From: Octopus bimaculoides
Taxonomy: Eukaryota
NCBI RefSeq assembly: GCF_001194135.2
Contig: NC_068989.1
Coordinates: 90,018,588-90,057,093, forward strand
Direction of reading: 5' to 3'
Length of the DNA stretch: 38,506 bases
Position 1 is the first letter of the stretch, and each line of letters starts with the position of its first letter. This document shows positions 11,858-23,217 of the stretch, piece by piece. The translations under genes and the position numbers were made by a program. The notes beneath the pieces were generated by a model that ran no database searches, had not been told where the DNA came from, and saw only the letters and a program-made list of their open reading frames with translations.

Positions 11858-12307
11858 TGTGTGTGTGTGAGAGGGCGAGAGAGAGAGACTTCGAATAAGA
11901 AACTATTTGTTTCTCTCTGTTCTAAAGCAATTTCGTTGTTACAAAAGGCCAAGGAGAACGATTCCTATAACTACAAGATACAAGATTAAAGCGAGGCGAT
12001 CGGTTTAAACCACACTGAGGCTGATAAGATCAAGCTAAGCCTGAAACGTCCATTGTCCGACTGACGTTTTCTCGCCAAAAATAAGAAGGAACGAAATTGT
12101 GAGACAAAACCCGAGAAGATGTCCTTACAGGAAATCTGATACCGACGAATGCCTGTTTGTAAATGAATGGATACTTTACTGTAAATATAATTTTGTATAC
12201 GGCTTTCTTTGTTTATATGTATGTATATTGACAATTATGTAGGAACGTGCCTGAATCAATATACAACTACCAATGTTTACCTGCATGTGTATACAATTTA
12301 TATATAT

Positions 12308-12715
12308 AGGAGTGGCTGTGTGGTAAGTAGCTTGCTTACCAACTACATGGTTCTGGTTTCAGTTCCACTGCGTGGCACCTTGGGCAAGTGTCTTCTACTA
12401 TAGCCTCGGGCTGACCAAAGTCTTGTGAGTGGATTTAGTAGAAGGAAACTGAAAGAAGCCCGTGGTATATATGTATATATATATATGTGTGTGTGTGTAT
12501 GTTTGTGCGTCTGTGTTTGTCCCCCCACCTCAGCATCGCTTGACAACCGATGATGGTGTGTTTACATCCCCGTAACTTAGCGGTTCGGCAAAAGGGACCG
12601 ATAGAATAAGTACTAGGCTTACAAAGAATAAGTTCTGGGGTCGGTTTGCTCGACTAAAGGCGGTGCTCCAGCATGGCCACAGTCAAATGACTTAAACAAG
12701 TAAAAGAGTAAAGAG
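12308..12715 (+). mobile_element. SINE family A, full-length reference copy (~410 bp)
   Basis: A-box and B-box tRNA-like head, central domain, internal TA/TG microsatellite, tail ending (taaaagag)n. Confidence 0.95.
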
Positions 12716-13158
12716 TATATATATATATATATATNNNNNNNNNNNNNNNNNNNNNNNNNNNNNNNNNNNNNNNNNNNNNNNNNNNNNNNNNNNNNNNNNN
12801 NNNNNNNNNNNNNNNNNNNNNNNNNNNNNNNNNNNNNNNNNNNNNNNNNNNNNNNNNNNNNNNNNNNNNNNNNNNNNNNNNNNNNNNNNNNNNNNNNNNN
12901 NNNNNNNNNNNNNNNNNNNNNNNNNNNNNNNNNNNNNNNNNNNNNNNNNNNNNNNNNNNNNNNNNNNNNNNNNNNNNNNNNNNNNNNNNNNNNNNNNNNN
13001 NNNNNNNNNNNNNNNNNNNNNNNNNNNNNNNNNNNNNNNNNNNNNNNNNNNNNNNNNNNNNNNNNNNNNNNNNNNNNNNNNNNNNNNNNNNNNNNNNNNN
13101 NNNNNNNNNNNNNNNNNNNNNNNNNNNNNNNNNNNNNNNNNNNNNNNNNNNNNNNNNN

Positions 13159-13481
13159 TACTCTTTTACTCGTTTCGGTCAGTTGACTGCGGCCATGCTG
13201 GAACACTGCCTTAAAGGGTTGTAGTCGAAGAAATCGACTCCAGGGCTTGCCTAGTACTTATTCTATCGGTCTCTTTTACCGGTTGTCAAGCGATGGTGGG
13301 GGGACAAACACACACACACACATTTATAGGACGGGCTTCTTTCAGTTTCTGTCTACGAAATCCACTCACAAGGCTTTGGTCGGCCCGAGGCTATAGAAGA
13401 AGACACTTGCCCGTGGGGGCCGTGCAATGAGACTGAAGCCAGAACCGTGTGATTGGGAAGCAAGCTTCTCACCACACAGTC
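13159..13481 (-). mobile_element. SINE family A with internal deletions
   Basis: Reverse complement match to 12308-12715. Confidence 0.9.
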
Positions 13482-13579
13482 AAGTATCTGGACAAATTTC
13501 TCAGAGCTGGAAAAAATGCCCCTAATTATTTATTTTGTCCGACGCCCTAACGATTTTTCCAGCTCACCGCCCTCAATGT

Positions 13580-13672
13580 TGATGATGACGACGACGACTA
13601 CGACAACAACAACAACAATAATAATGATGATGATGATGGTAGTAGTGATGGTGTTGTTGTTGTTGTTGTTGT

Positions 13673-13703
<31 letters not shown>

Positions 13704-13736
13704 GATGATGATAATGATGACGATGATGATGATGAC

Positions 13737-13772
<36 letters not shown>
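13580..13772. repeat. (GAT)n/(GTT)n/(GAC)n array
   Basis: Directly visible. Confidence 0.95.
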
Positions 13773-14584
13773 AGTTACATTGAAATACAAGCATGGAAAT
13801 TTAAATATTTAAAGAAAGATAAAGAAAACTTTTTTTTTTCAGTGAGAAAATTAGAAAAAAACAACAACAAAAAAAAACGCCAAACAGAAATTAAGAAAGA
13901 AATGGAAAAAAAAANNNNNNNNNNNNNNNNNNNNNNNNNNNNNNNNNNNNNNNNNNNNNNNNNNNNNNNNNNNNNNNNNNNNNNNNNNNNNNNNNNNNNN
14001 NNNNNNNNNNNNNNNNNNNNNNNNNNNNNNNNNNNNNNNNNNNNNNNNNNNNNNNNNNNNNNNNNNNNNNNNNNNNNNNNNNNNNNNNNNNNNNNNNNNN
14101 NNNNNNNNNNNNNNNNNNNNNNNNNNNNNNNNNNNNNNNNNNNNNNNNNNNNNNNNNNNNNNNNNNNNNNNNNNNNNNNNNNNNNNNNNNNNNNNNNNNN
14201 NNNNNNNNNNNNNNNNNNNNNNNNNNNNNNNNNNNNNNNNNNNNNNNNNNNNNNNNNNNNNATATATATATATATATAGATATACATACATATATATAAT
14301 ATACACATATGTGTGTATTTCTATGCCACATATATATACTTAAAGATGCATATAAACAGGCAGAAGGGAAATGCCTGGGTGTAGATGTAAGCCAAACTAC
14401 TTTTGTTCTTCTAACAGTAAAGAGAAAAAAAATTTGAACCACTCACAAAAACGACGAAGCCTCCATCTATTGAAGCAAACATGTAACTAACGCCTTTATT
14501 GTCATTTGAACACAGAGAACATAAATGAGGTGAACAATATAGGGAAGGAAGGATGAGATAAGAATGGTACAGAGAGGACAAAAA

Positions 14585-15532
14585 TGTATGAGATGCAGCA
14601 TGTTATTTTGGATTCTTGCCCAAGAGATATTTTACCAACTCTCTGGAAACCTTACGCTTTTCATTCCTTTACTAAGATGGTTCCATCGGCGAAGAAAGCT
14701 TTCGTATTTGATCCTTGCTCTGCTTCCAACTCCACATTATGCTTTGGTTGGCATTTTATATTTTTTGTCGACGGTTTGGCAGAGATATTAACTTGACCAG
14801 CTCTGCTGTGCCTGTCCCTTTTTCCAGAAGGAAATTCCCAACGCGATGTAGACTTATCACCCCTCCATTCATGGATATGTCAGGAAGTAAGGAATCCACA
14901 AGTCAACAAGTTCTCAGCATCAACGGAGCCGTAAGGGATGCCAGACATTGGTCAAGTACAACTTTAAATATCTGCTGTAGTGTCTCTCTCCCTCCAGGTT
15001 TTCAGGCGGGGCTTACTCCCGTTGCCATTTTTAAACGCTCAGTAAATTATCGCAAAACGCCGAAAGGGTTTATTATCATAGCGGAGATGGTTTGTACTGA
15101 GCCAATCTCACTCTCGTCCTTCAGATTTGTATTGCTCTGGTGCCACTGGTGCTGCCAGGTCTTCTCTGACCCGAAGTGGTAGCACCTGACCGGGTCTCTG
15201 CTGTGGGTTAACCAGCATATGTATTGACATTCCATGTGAGGGCGGGGACGCAGAAATACATTTAGTCAGAATGCGCAGTAAAAGGACCGTGTGAAGGGCC
15301 CTGTAGCTGTTGTCACAACATCCTTCTAGAAGACGGACACTCTGATGTAAAACCTACAGTTTCAGGTGATTAATTGATGGTACTGCACAGATTAATCCGT
15401 CTGGTACTGCGCAGGTTACGACGACGAGGGTTCTCAGTTGATCTGATCAACAGAACTGCTTGCTCGTGAAATTAGCATGCAAGTGGCTGAGTACTGCGCA
15501 GACACGTGTTACTTTTAACGTGTTTCTCGGGG
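14585..15532 (-). mobile_element. Probable 5' region of an RTE-like LINE sharing a module with SINE C
   Basis: 15415-15532 matches the SINE C 3' half, then continues into ~800 bp of non-SINE sequence with caggtgctaccacttcgggtcagag and a broken reading frame (GKRDRHSRAGQVNISAKPSTKNIKCQPKHNVELEAEQGSNTK); clade assignment is inference. Confidence 0.45.
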
Positions 15533-15644
15533 ACAACGCGGCTATCAATATATGTATATGCATCTATGTAAGCACGTATGTGAATATGTATCTGTATGAA
15601 CTTGTATATGCATGTGTGAGCGCATGTGTTTGTATGTGTGTTTG

Positions 15645-15688
<44 letters not shown>

Positions 15689-16473
15689 CGTGTCTGCGTA
15701 TTTGGGAGAGAGAAAGTGTATGTGTGTGTGTGTGCGTATGTTTGTACGAGTGTATGAGTTAGCTAATTGCTTACATTTCCTGCTTGAACGATTTTATGGG
15801 CCATATATTTCTAAACAGCAGTTTGAACACCATTGCCANNNNNNNNNNNNNNNNNNNNNNNNNNNNNNNNNNNNNNNNNNNNNNNNNNNNNNNNNNNNNN
15901 NNNNNNNNNNNNNNNNNNNNNNNNNNNNNNNNNNNNNNNNNNNNNNNNNNNNNNNNNNNNNNNNNNNNNNNNNNNNNNNNNNNNNNNNNNNNNNNNNNNN
16001 NNNNNNNNNNNNNNNNNNNNNNNNNNNNNNNNNNNNNNNNNNNNNNNNNNNNNNNNNNNNNNNNNNNNNNNNNNNNNNNNNNNNNNNNNNNNNNNNNNNN
16101 NNNNNNNNNNNNNNNNNNNNNNNNNNNNNNNNNNNNNNNNNNNNNNNNNNNNNNNNNNNNNNNNNNNNNNNNNNNNNNNNNNNNNNNNNNNNNNNNNNNN
16201 NNNNNNNNNNNNNNNNNNNNNNNNNNNNNNNNNNNNNNNNAATCGAAACCGTAGCCTAAATTATTCGTTAGGCTTCTTTCCATTGTTCTCGACATTTATA
16301 CTTGGAAATTTATGAAAGTCAACTGTCATCCACGGTTTAAGCCCGAGTCTTTTGGTTAAATTTCAGTTCAACATAGATAACCACATTCACCGTTTTTCTC
16401 CTGATCTACTTCCAGATTTCCAACATGTATAAATACAGAACCCAGACAGAATGCTTTCTCACTTTCACCTAAC

Positions 16474-16722
16474 ACCAAAGCCTTGTGAGTGGATTTGGTA
16501 GATGGAAACTGAAAGAAGCTCGTCGTATATAGATATGTATGTATTTGTGTGTCTGTGCTACCTCCATCATCGCTTGACAACTGATGCTGGTGTGTTTAAT
16601 TCCCTGTAACTTAGCGGTTCGGCAAAAGGGTCCGATAGAATAAGTCCTGGGGTCGATTTGTTTGACCAAAGGCGTTGTTCCAGCAAGGCCGCAGTCAAAT
16701 GACTGAAACAAGTAAAAGAATA
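16474..16722 (+). mobile_element. SINE family A, 5'-truncated
   Basis: From accaaagccttgtgagtgg to gactgaaacaagtaaaagaa. Confidence 0.9.
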
Positions 16723-16869
16723 GGCTTTAAGGAACTGAAGGAAAAAAACTTTAAAACAAAAAATTAAATCAAAATAGGAACGACGCAGTTTGACCTCATC
16801 AGAGGTAGGAACGAGGTGCAGGAATGAAACAAATGAAATTGTAAGTCATTAACTAAATGACAATCGTCT

Positions 16870-17075
16870 AGGTGTGTGTGTGTGTGTGCGTGAGTGAATG
16901 TGTGTGTGTGTGTGTGTGTGTGTGAGTGTGTGAGTGTCAATGTGTGTGTGTGTGAGTGTCAGTGTGTGTGTGAGTGAGTGTGTGTGTGTGTGCGTGAGTG
17001 AATGTGTGTGTGTGTGTGTGAGTGTGTGAGTGTCAGTGTGTGAGTGAGTGTGTGTGTGTGTGTGTGTGTGTGTCT
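16870..17075. repeat. (GT)n array with gagt/gaat interruptions
   Basis: Directly visible. Confidence 0.95.
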
Positions 17076-17151
17076 GTGTGTGTATCTAGTGTCTTTGTCC
17101 CCGTTCCTTGACTCTTGTCATCAGTGCCACAGATAACAACAATAAGTCCAA

Positions 17152-17366
17152 TAATGGTTTCGAATTTTAGCACAAGGCCAGCGATTTAGTGCGAAGGGGA
17201 TAAATCGATTATATCGACTCCAGTGCGTTACTGGTACTTATTTTATCGACCCCTCAGAAAGAGGGAAAGGCAAAGTCGACCTCGGCGGAATTTGAACTCG
17301 GAACGTAAAGACGGACGCAAGATGCCGCCAAGCATTCTGTCCGGCGCGCTACCGATCCCCGCCTTA
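17152..17366 (-). mobile_element. SINE family B, full length
   Basis: ggcaaagtcgacctcggcggaatttgaactc is the reverse of the B-box plus core. Confidence 0.9.
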
Positions 17367-17965
17367 TGATAATTGCAAGCATGCGTACAACCGTTTCTTG
17401 GTAACTTCTGTACCACCCGAACATTCCACACACACGCACACACACACACACACAAATACATACACACATACAGACACACACATACAGACACACGTACACA
17501 CATACATACGCACACACACATATAGANNNNNNNNNNCACACACACACACACGAACACACACACACACACACACATACACACACACACACATACACAAATA
17601 CACACGCGCGCACACACACACACACGCACACACGCACACACACACACACACAAATACATACACACATACAGACACACACATACAGACACACGTACACACA
17701 TACATACGCACACACACATATAGACATACACACATACACACACTCAATTACACATACACACACACAAATACACACACATACACACATAAACACACAAATA
17801 CACACCAACATATACACACGTACACACATTCGCGTGCGCGTGTGTATGTATGTGTGCGTGTACATGTGTGTGTGTTTGTGCGTGCCTTTTTGTGTGTATG
17901 CACGAACACTTTGTAAGCGACCATACATATACATGCATATAAACACATAATTAAATATGTGCGTC

Positions 17966-17998
<33 letters not shown>

Positions 17999-18087
17999 TC
18001 GTATATACACGCAAACAAGCAAAAATGCAGATTGGTAGTTACAGAGATCTTAAGTGATAGATAGATTGGGAGAGAAAAAGAGAGAGA

Positions 18088-18134
<47 letters not shown>

Positions 18135-18402
18135 AAAGAGAGAAATGGTAAGGTGGGGGTGGGTTGAGATGTTGTGCAATTTAGCGTTTCATGTGGTTTG
18201 AGAATCCTTAAGAATGTAAATTAGTTTCCGTTTACGGTAAGGTCTGTTCCATCTTTTTCACAGTGTTGTACACTTTAATGGCTTCACACCGCAACATACC
18301 CATTGATCTGGCAAAATAGAAAGAAGCAACAGCAAGCAGCGGCCGCAGTAGCAGCCGCAGCACCGCCACCACCACCGACACCACCTCTACAAATAATACT
18401 GC

Positions 18403-18606
18403 GTGGCACTCCGTTGGGTACGACGACGAGGGTTCCAGTTGAACCGATCAACGGAACAGCTTGCTCGTGAAATCAACGTGCAAGTGGCTGAGTGCTCCAC
18501 AGACACGTGTGCCCTTAATGTAGTTCTCGGGGGAGATTCAGCGCGACATAGAGTGTGACAAGGCTGGCTCTTTGAAATACAGGTACAACAGAAATAGGAA
18601 GAAAGA
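18403..18606 (-). mobile_element. SINE family C body, lacking its own head
   Basis: Reverse complement of about 30440-30631, ending gagtgccac. Confidence 0.9.
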
Positions 18607-18658
18607 AATACTTGGCGGCATTTCGTCCGGCGCGCGCTAACGCCTGCTCGTCGCCTTA
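18607..18658 (-). mobile_element. SINE family B head fragment abutting the SINE C body
   Basis: Minus strand reads aaggcgacgagcaggcgttagc...ccggacgaaatgcc. Confidence 0.7.
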
Positions 18659-18932
18659 ATGATAATGATAATAATAATTTCATTTATTTGCCACAAGGGC
18701 GAAGGATGAGGGGGACAGTACAAGTGTTGCGGTTTACATATAATAAAAGTAAGTATAGACGGTATACACTGGAAAAGAAGGGACATACGCATAGCATACA
18801 GAGGTTTAAAAACAAAGGGCGAGGGGGATGACTGAGATGTGGCCCTCTTGATACAGGAAGGCCGCAAGGGATAATCGAGGAAATCTCCACTGACCGAGAT
18901 TTCCCTGAAACCGTGGGAGTAAGTGCCCTCTC
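18659..18932 (-). mobile_element. 3' end of a non-LTR retrotransposon with AATAAA and an (ATT)n-type tail
   Basis: Minus strand ends ...ggcAAATAAAtgaaattattattatcattatcatt; clade not determined. Confidence 0.5.
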
Positions 18933-19852
18933 NNNNNNNNNNNNNNNNNNNNNNNNNNNNNNNNNNNNNNNNNNNNNNNNNNNNNNNNNNNNNNNNNNNN
19001 NNNNNNNNNNNNNNNNNNNNNNNNNNNNNNNNNNNNNNNNNNNNNNNNNNNNNNNNNNNNNNNNNNNNNNNNNNNNNNNNNNNNNNNNNNNNNNNNNNNN
19101 NNNNNNNNNNNNNNNNNNNNNNNNNNNNNNNNNNNNNNNNNNNNNNNNNNNNNNNNNNNNNNNNNNNNNNNNNNNNNNNNNNNNNNNNNNNNNNNNNNNN
19201 NNNNNNNNNNNNNNNNNNNNNNNNNNNNNNNNNNNNNNNNNNNNNNNNNNNNNNNNNNNNNNNNNNNNNNNNNNNNNNNNNNNNNNNNNNNNNNNNNNNN
19301 NNNNNNNNNNNNNNNNNNNNNNNNNNNNNNNNNNNNNNNNNNNNNNNNNNNNNNNNNNNNNNNNNNNNNNNNNNNNNNNNNNNNNNNNNNNNNNNNNNNN
19401 NNNNNNNNNNNNNNNNNNNNNNNNNNNNNNNNNNNNNNNNNNNNNNNNNNNNNNNNNNNNNNNNNNNNNNNNNNNNNNNNNNNNNNNNNNNNNNNNNNNN
19501 NNNNNNNNNNNNNNNNNNNNNNNNNNNNNNNNNNNNNNNNNNNNNNNNNNNNNNNNNNNNNNNNNNNNNNNNNNNNNNNNNNNNNNNNNNNNNNNNNNNN
19601 NNNNNNNNNNNNNNNNNNNNNNNNNNNNNNNNNNNNNNNNNNNNNNNNNNNNNNNNNNNNNNNNNNNNNNNNNNNNNNNNNNNNNNNNNNNNNNNNNNNN
19701 NNNNNNNNNNNNNNNNNNNNNNNNNNNNNNNNNNNNNNNNNNNNNNNNNNNNNNNNNNNNNNNNNNNNNNNNNNNNNNNNNNNNNNNNNNNNNNNNNNNT
19801 ATATATATATATATATATATGACGAAAAATAACGACGCGAGACTGTCGAGGC

Positions 19853-19948
19853 AAAGACTTTTTCACTTCCCGAGCGTTAAACTAATACATCTGTTTGTTG
19901 TCTACACCACCTGTCTCCGTCTTTTGTTCTTTTGTGAATTCTCCCCCA
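19853..19948 (+). repeat. Dispersed short repeat family D (likely Penelope-associated)
   Basis: aaagactttttcacttcccgagcgttaaactaatac...gtcttttgtt also at 24862 and 25105-25262. Confidence 0.75.
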
Positions 19949-19983
19949 ACACACACATACAAACACACACACACATATATATA

Positions 19984-20019
<36 letters not shown>

Positions 20020-20099
20020 CATATGTGTATATATATACATATATATTTTTATATGCACACACACATACCCACTTCGAGTTTAAACGTTAAATGCCACTT

Positions 20100-20945
20100 A
20101 ATATGTACGTATGTATGTCATTGCTCAGTTTTATTTCAAGATTTCTTGCCAATAGAGAAAGAGCCGGTTTCTAACCTAGATTCAATGCTCCTTCATTGGA
20201 ATNNNNNNNNNNAGAGCCGGTTTCTAACCTAGATTCAATGCTCCTTCATTGGAATGAATCAGCCGGTCAGTTTCTCTTTCTGAAAATCCCAGTTTATCCA
20301 GATTCTGCTTTAAGCATTTACTAACAAACCCTAATGCTCCAATTATTATTGGTATGAATATGAATTCATAGTCTGGATATAGAAGCTGCAGTTTTCGAAG
20401 CAGTTGTTCATAGTTGTCCTCTTTTTCTTTGATTTTCAAAGAGATATTTATATTTACAGGGCAGCTGACCTCTATGGTGGTACATACCTTTGCCCCTCTG
20501 TCCCACACAACAATATCCGGTCTGTTATGTTTACATTTCACAGAAGTTTTGATGGAAATATTCCACCAGTATTCCTTGAGTTGGTGTTTATGAATATATT
20601 CCATAACAGATGGATTTCCTAAGTTTATTTCAGGACAGTCTTTTTTGCTGTTTTAGCGACAACATCGTGCCGCATTGGGAAGTAGCACCGTGATGACATT
20701 TTAGGACAGCTGCTAATCACATGCTTGATGTCTTCCACAGAAACATGACATAGCCTACACATGCGGTTGCACCTAGGGATTAGAAGTGTGTCACTGTCTC
20801 TCTTGTTCACAAGGTACTTTGTGGCAATCTCCTGTTCCTGGATTGCAAACGCATAGCCTTCAAAGTGTGATGTGATGTAGTGGTCTTGTGACCAAGAGAC
20901 GCTGCGCTTCGTGTCACTTTTACTGTCTTCTTCAAGCTTCAGCGC
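20100..20945 (-). mobile_element. 5'-truncated R4/Dong-type RLE non-LTR retrotransposon (CCHC knuckle, PD-(D/E)xK endonuclease, 3' UTR)
   Basis: ITSHFEGYAFAIQEQEIATKYL; CRLC..E..H...C..RHD knuckle; RPDIVVWD...IEVSCP...KEKEDNY endonuclease motifs; frameshift near 20620. Confidence 0.9.
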
Positions 20946-20948
20946 AAC

Positions 20949-20979
<31 letters not shown>

Positions 20980-21570
20980 TGTATGTATGTATGTATGTAT
21001 GTGTGTGTGTGTGTGTGTTTTGCTTTATGTATGTATTCTNNNNNNNNNNNNNNNNNNNNNNNNNNNNNNNNNNNNNNNNNNNNNNNNNNNNNNNNNNNNN
21101 NNNNNNNNNNNNNNNNNNNNNNNNNNNNNNNNNNNNNNNNNNNNNNNNNNNNNNNNNNNNNNNNNNNNNNNNNNNNNNNNNNNNNNNNNNNNNNNNNNNN
21201 NNNNNNNNNNNNNNNNNNNNNNNNNNNNNNNNNNNNNNNNNNNNNNNNNNNNNNNNNNNNNNNNNNNNNNNNNNNNNNNNNNNNNNNNNNNNNNNNNNNN
21301 NNNNNNNNNNNNNNNNNNNNNNNNNNNNNNNNNNNNNNNNNNNNNNNNNNNNNNNNNNNNNNNNNNNNNNNNNNNNNNNNNNNNNNNNNNNNNNNNNNNN
21401 NNNNNNNNNNNNNNNNNNNNNNNNNNNNNNNNNNNNNNNNNNNNNNNNNNNNNNNNNNNNNNNNNNNNNNNNNNNNNNNNNNNNNNNNNNNNNNNNNNNN
21501 NNNNNNNNNNNNNNNNNNNNNNNNNNNNNNNNNNNNNNNNNNNNNNNNNNNNNNNNNNNNNNNNNNNNNN

Positions 21571-21634
<64 letters not shown>

Positions 21635-22183
21635 GATGAGAGAGGGAGAGAGGATGAGAGAGAGAGAGAGGATGAGAGAGAAAGGCGATGGACAGAAAAA
21701 GAGACCAACAGACTGATAGACAATCAGACAGAGATTCACAGCGATTTTAACTCCTAGATGGCGCCTCGTACATGACTATCGGCAAAAAAATAAATAGGGG
21801 CGGGGGAAGACATGAAAGAAAACGAAAAAGGAAAAAGAAAAAACTCGCAGATTAAATAATTCAGATAAATAATGAATGTTGAGCGATTGTTTATTTGAAA
21901 GACGGATTTGGCTAAAGTATGTGTTCCAGTAGCTTTGGTGTAAAGTGGTGTTATTAGAAGAATCGTTCTGGTGGTGGTGCTAGTAGTAGCCTTGATGGTA
22001 GTCGTAGTGTTGTGGAAGTTGCGGTTGTAGTAGAGTTCCTGGTTTTCTTGCAAGTTATAGGCTGTGTTGCTCGGTGCGATAGGATGAGGTGTTTGATGGT
22101 GTTGTTTAGGCAATGGCTAGTCTTGATAGAGTAGACCTATGGTCAAAGACGTTCCAGCCGTGCCTATTCCGTCCCTTTTTTTT

Positions 22184-22312
22184 ATAGGCGAGGCTATGTG
22201 GTAAGAAGTTGGGCAAGTGTCTTCTACTATAGCCTAGGGCAGACCAAAAGCCTTCAGTGGATTTGGTAGAGGGAAACTGAAAGAAGCTCGTCGCATATAT
22301 GTATATATATAT
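22184..22312 (+). mobile_element. SINE family A, 5' fragment with internal deletion
   Basis: tgtggtaagaag-ttgggcaagtgtcttctactatagcc...gaaactgaaagaagc. Confidence 0.85.
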
Positions 22313-23073
22313 ATAGAAGGTTTAGATTTAGATTCAAGATTGAATATGGTACTTATGTTTAGGCACCAGAATATAGTATGGAATGGTATTATACAAAAAA
22401 CCATTCCAAAAAAACTAGGTGATCAAAAAAAAAAAATATATATATATTTATAAAAAAGAAGTTTGAAAACGCCAATATATAAAAAATGAATTTTAGTTTA
22501 TAATTTTGTCAGAGATATTTTTAACATGTTTCGGTTCTTGAAAAAACGAACCTTATCAAAAATACATATTTAAAAAAAAAAATGAAATTAAATGAAAAGT
22601 TCATAATTGTTCCTTACTGGTGTCAACATAGTCCACGTGGGAGCATTTTTGTTGGTTGTAGTANNNNNNNNNNNNNNNNNNNNNNNNNNNNNNNNNNNNN
22701 NNNNNNNNNNNNNNNNNNNNNNNNNNNNNNNNNNNNNNNNNNNNNNNNNNNNNNNNNNNNNNNNNNNNNNNNNNNNNNNNNNNNNNNNNNNNNNNNNNNN
22801 NNNNNNNNNNNNNNNNNNNNNNNNNNNNNNNNNNNNNNNNNNNNNNNNNNNNNNNNNNNNNNNNNNNNNNNNNNNNNNNNNNNNNNNNNNNNNNNNNNNN
22901 NNNNNNNNNNNNNNNNNNNNNNNNNNNNNNNNNNNNNNNNNNNNNNNNNNNNNNNNNNNNNNNNNNNNNNNNNNNNNNNNNNNNNNNNNNNNNNNNNNNN
23001 NNNNNNNNNNNNNNNNNNNNNNNNNNNNNNNNNNNNNNNNNNNNNNNNNNNNNNNNNNNNNNNNNNNNNNNNN

Positions 23074-23217
23074 AAGTGTGGCTGACCCCTAGGGGTGGAT
23101 GCTACTGTTGCTTTTAGCCCCAGGAGGACAGTAGTGTGTCGATAAGCCAGCTGGAGGAGATGTCCTCCTGGGGCTAAAAGCAACAGTAGCATCCACCCCT
23201 AGGGGTCAGCCACACTT
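23074..23217. repeat. Perfect 57 bp inverted repeat with a 30 bp spacer
   Basis: 23074-23130 is the exact reverse complement of 23161-23217. Confidence 0.95.

Noticed and set aside
12020-12055. ctgaggct...agcctgaaacgtc hammerhead-like motif
   Set aside because: Core lacks the nGA and there is no stem I
17440-17725. ~80 bp exact duplicate within a CA-rich tract near a 10-N gap
   Set aside because: Most likely an assembly artefact
20160-20255. 43 bp direct duplication either side of a 10-N gap
   Set aside because: Typical unmerged contig overlap rather than a target-site duplication
21754-22113. 119 aa Thr-rich minus-strand ORF
   Set aside because: Low complexity, no recognisable domain or splice context
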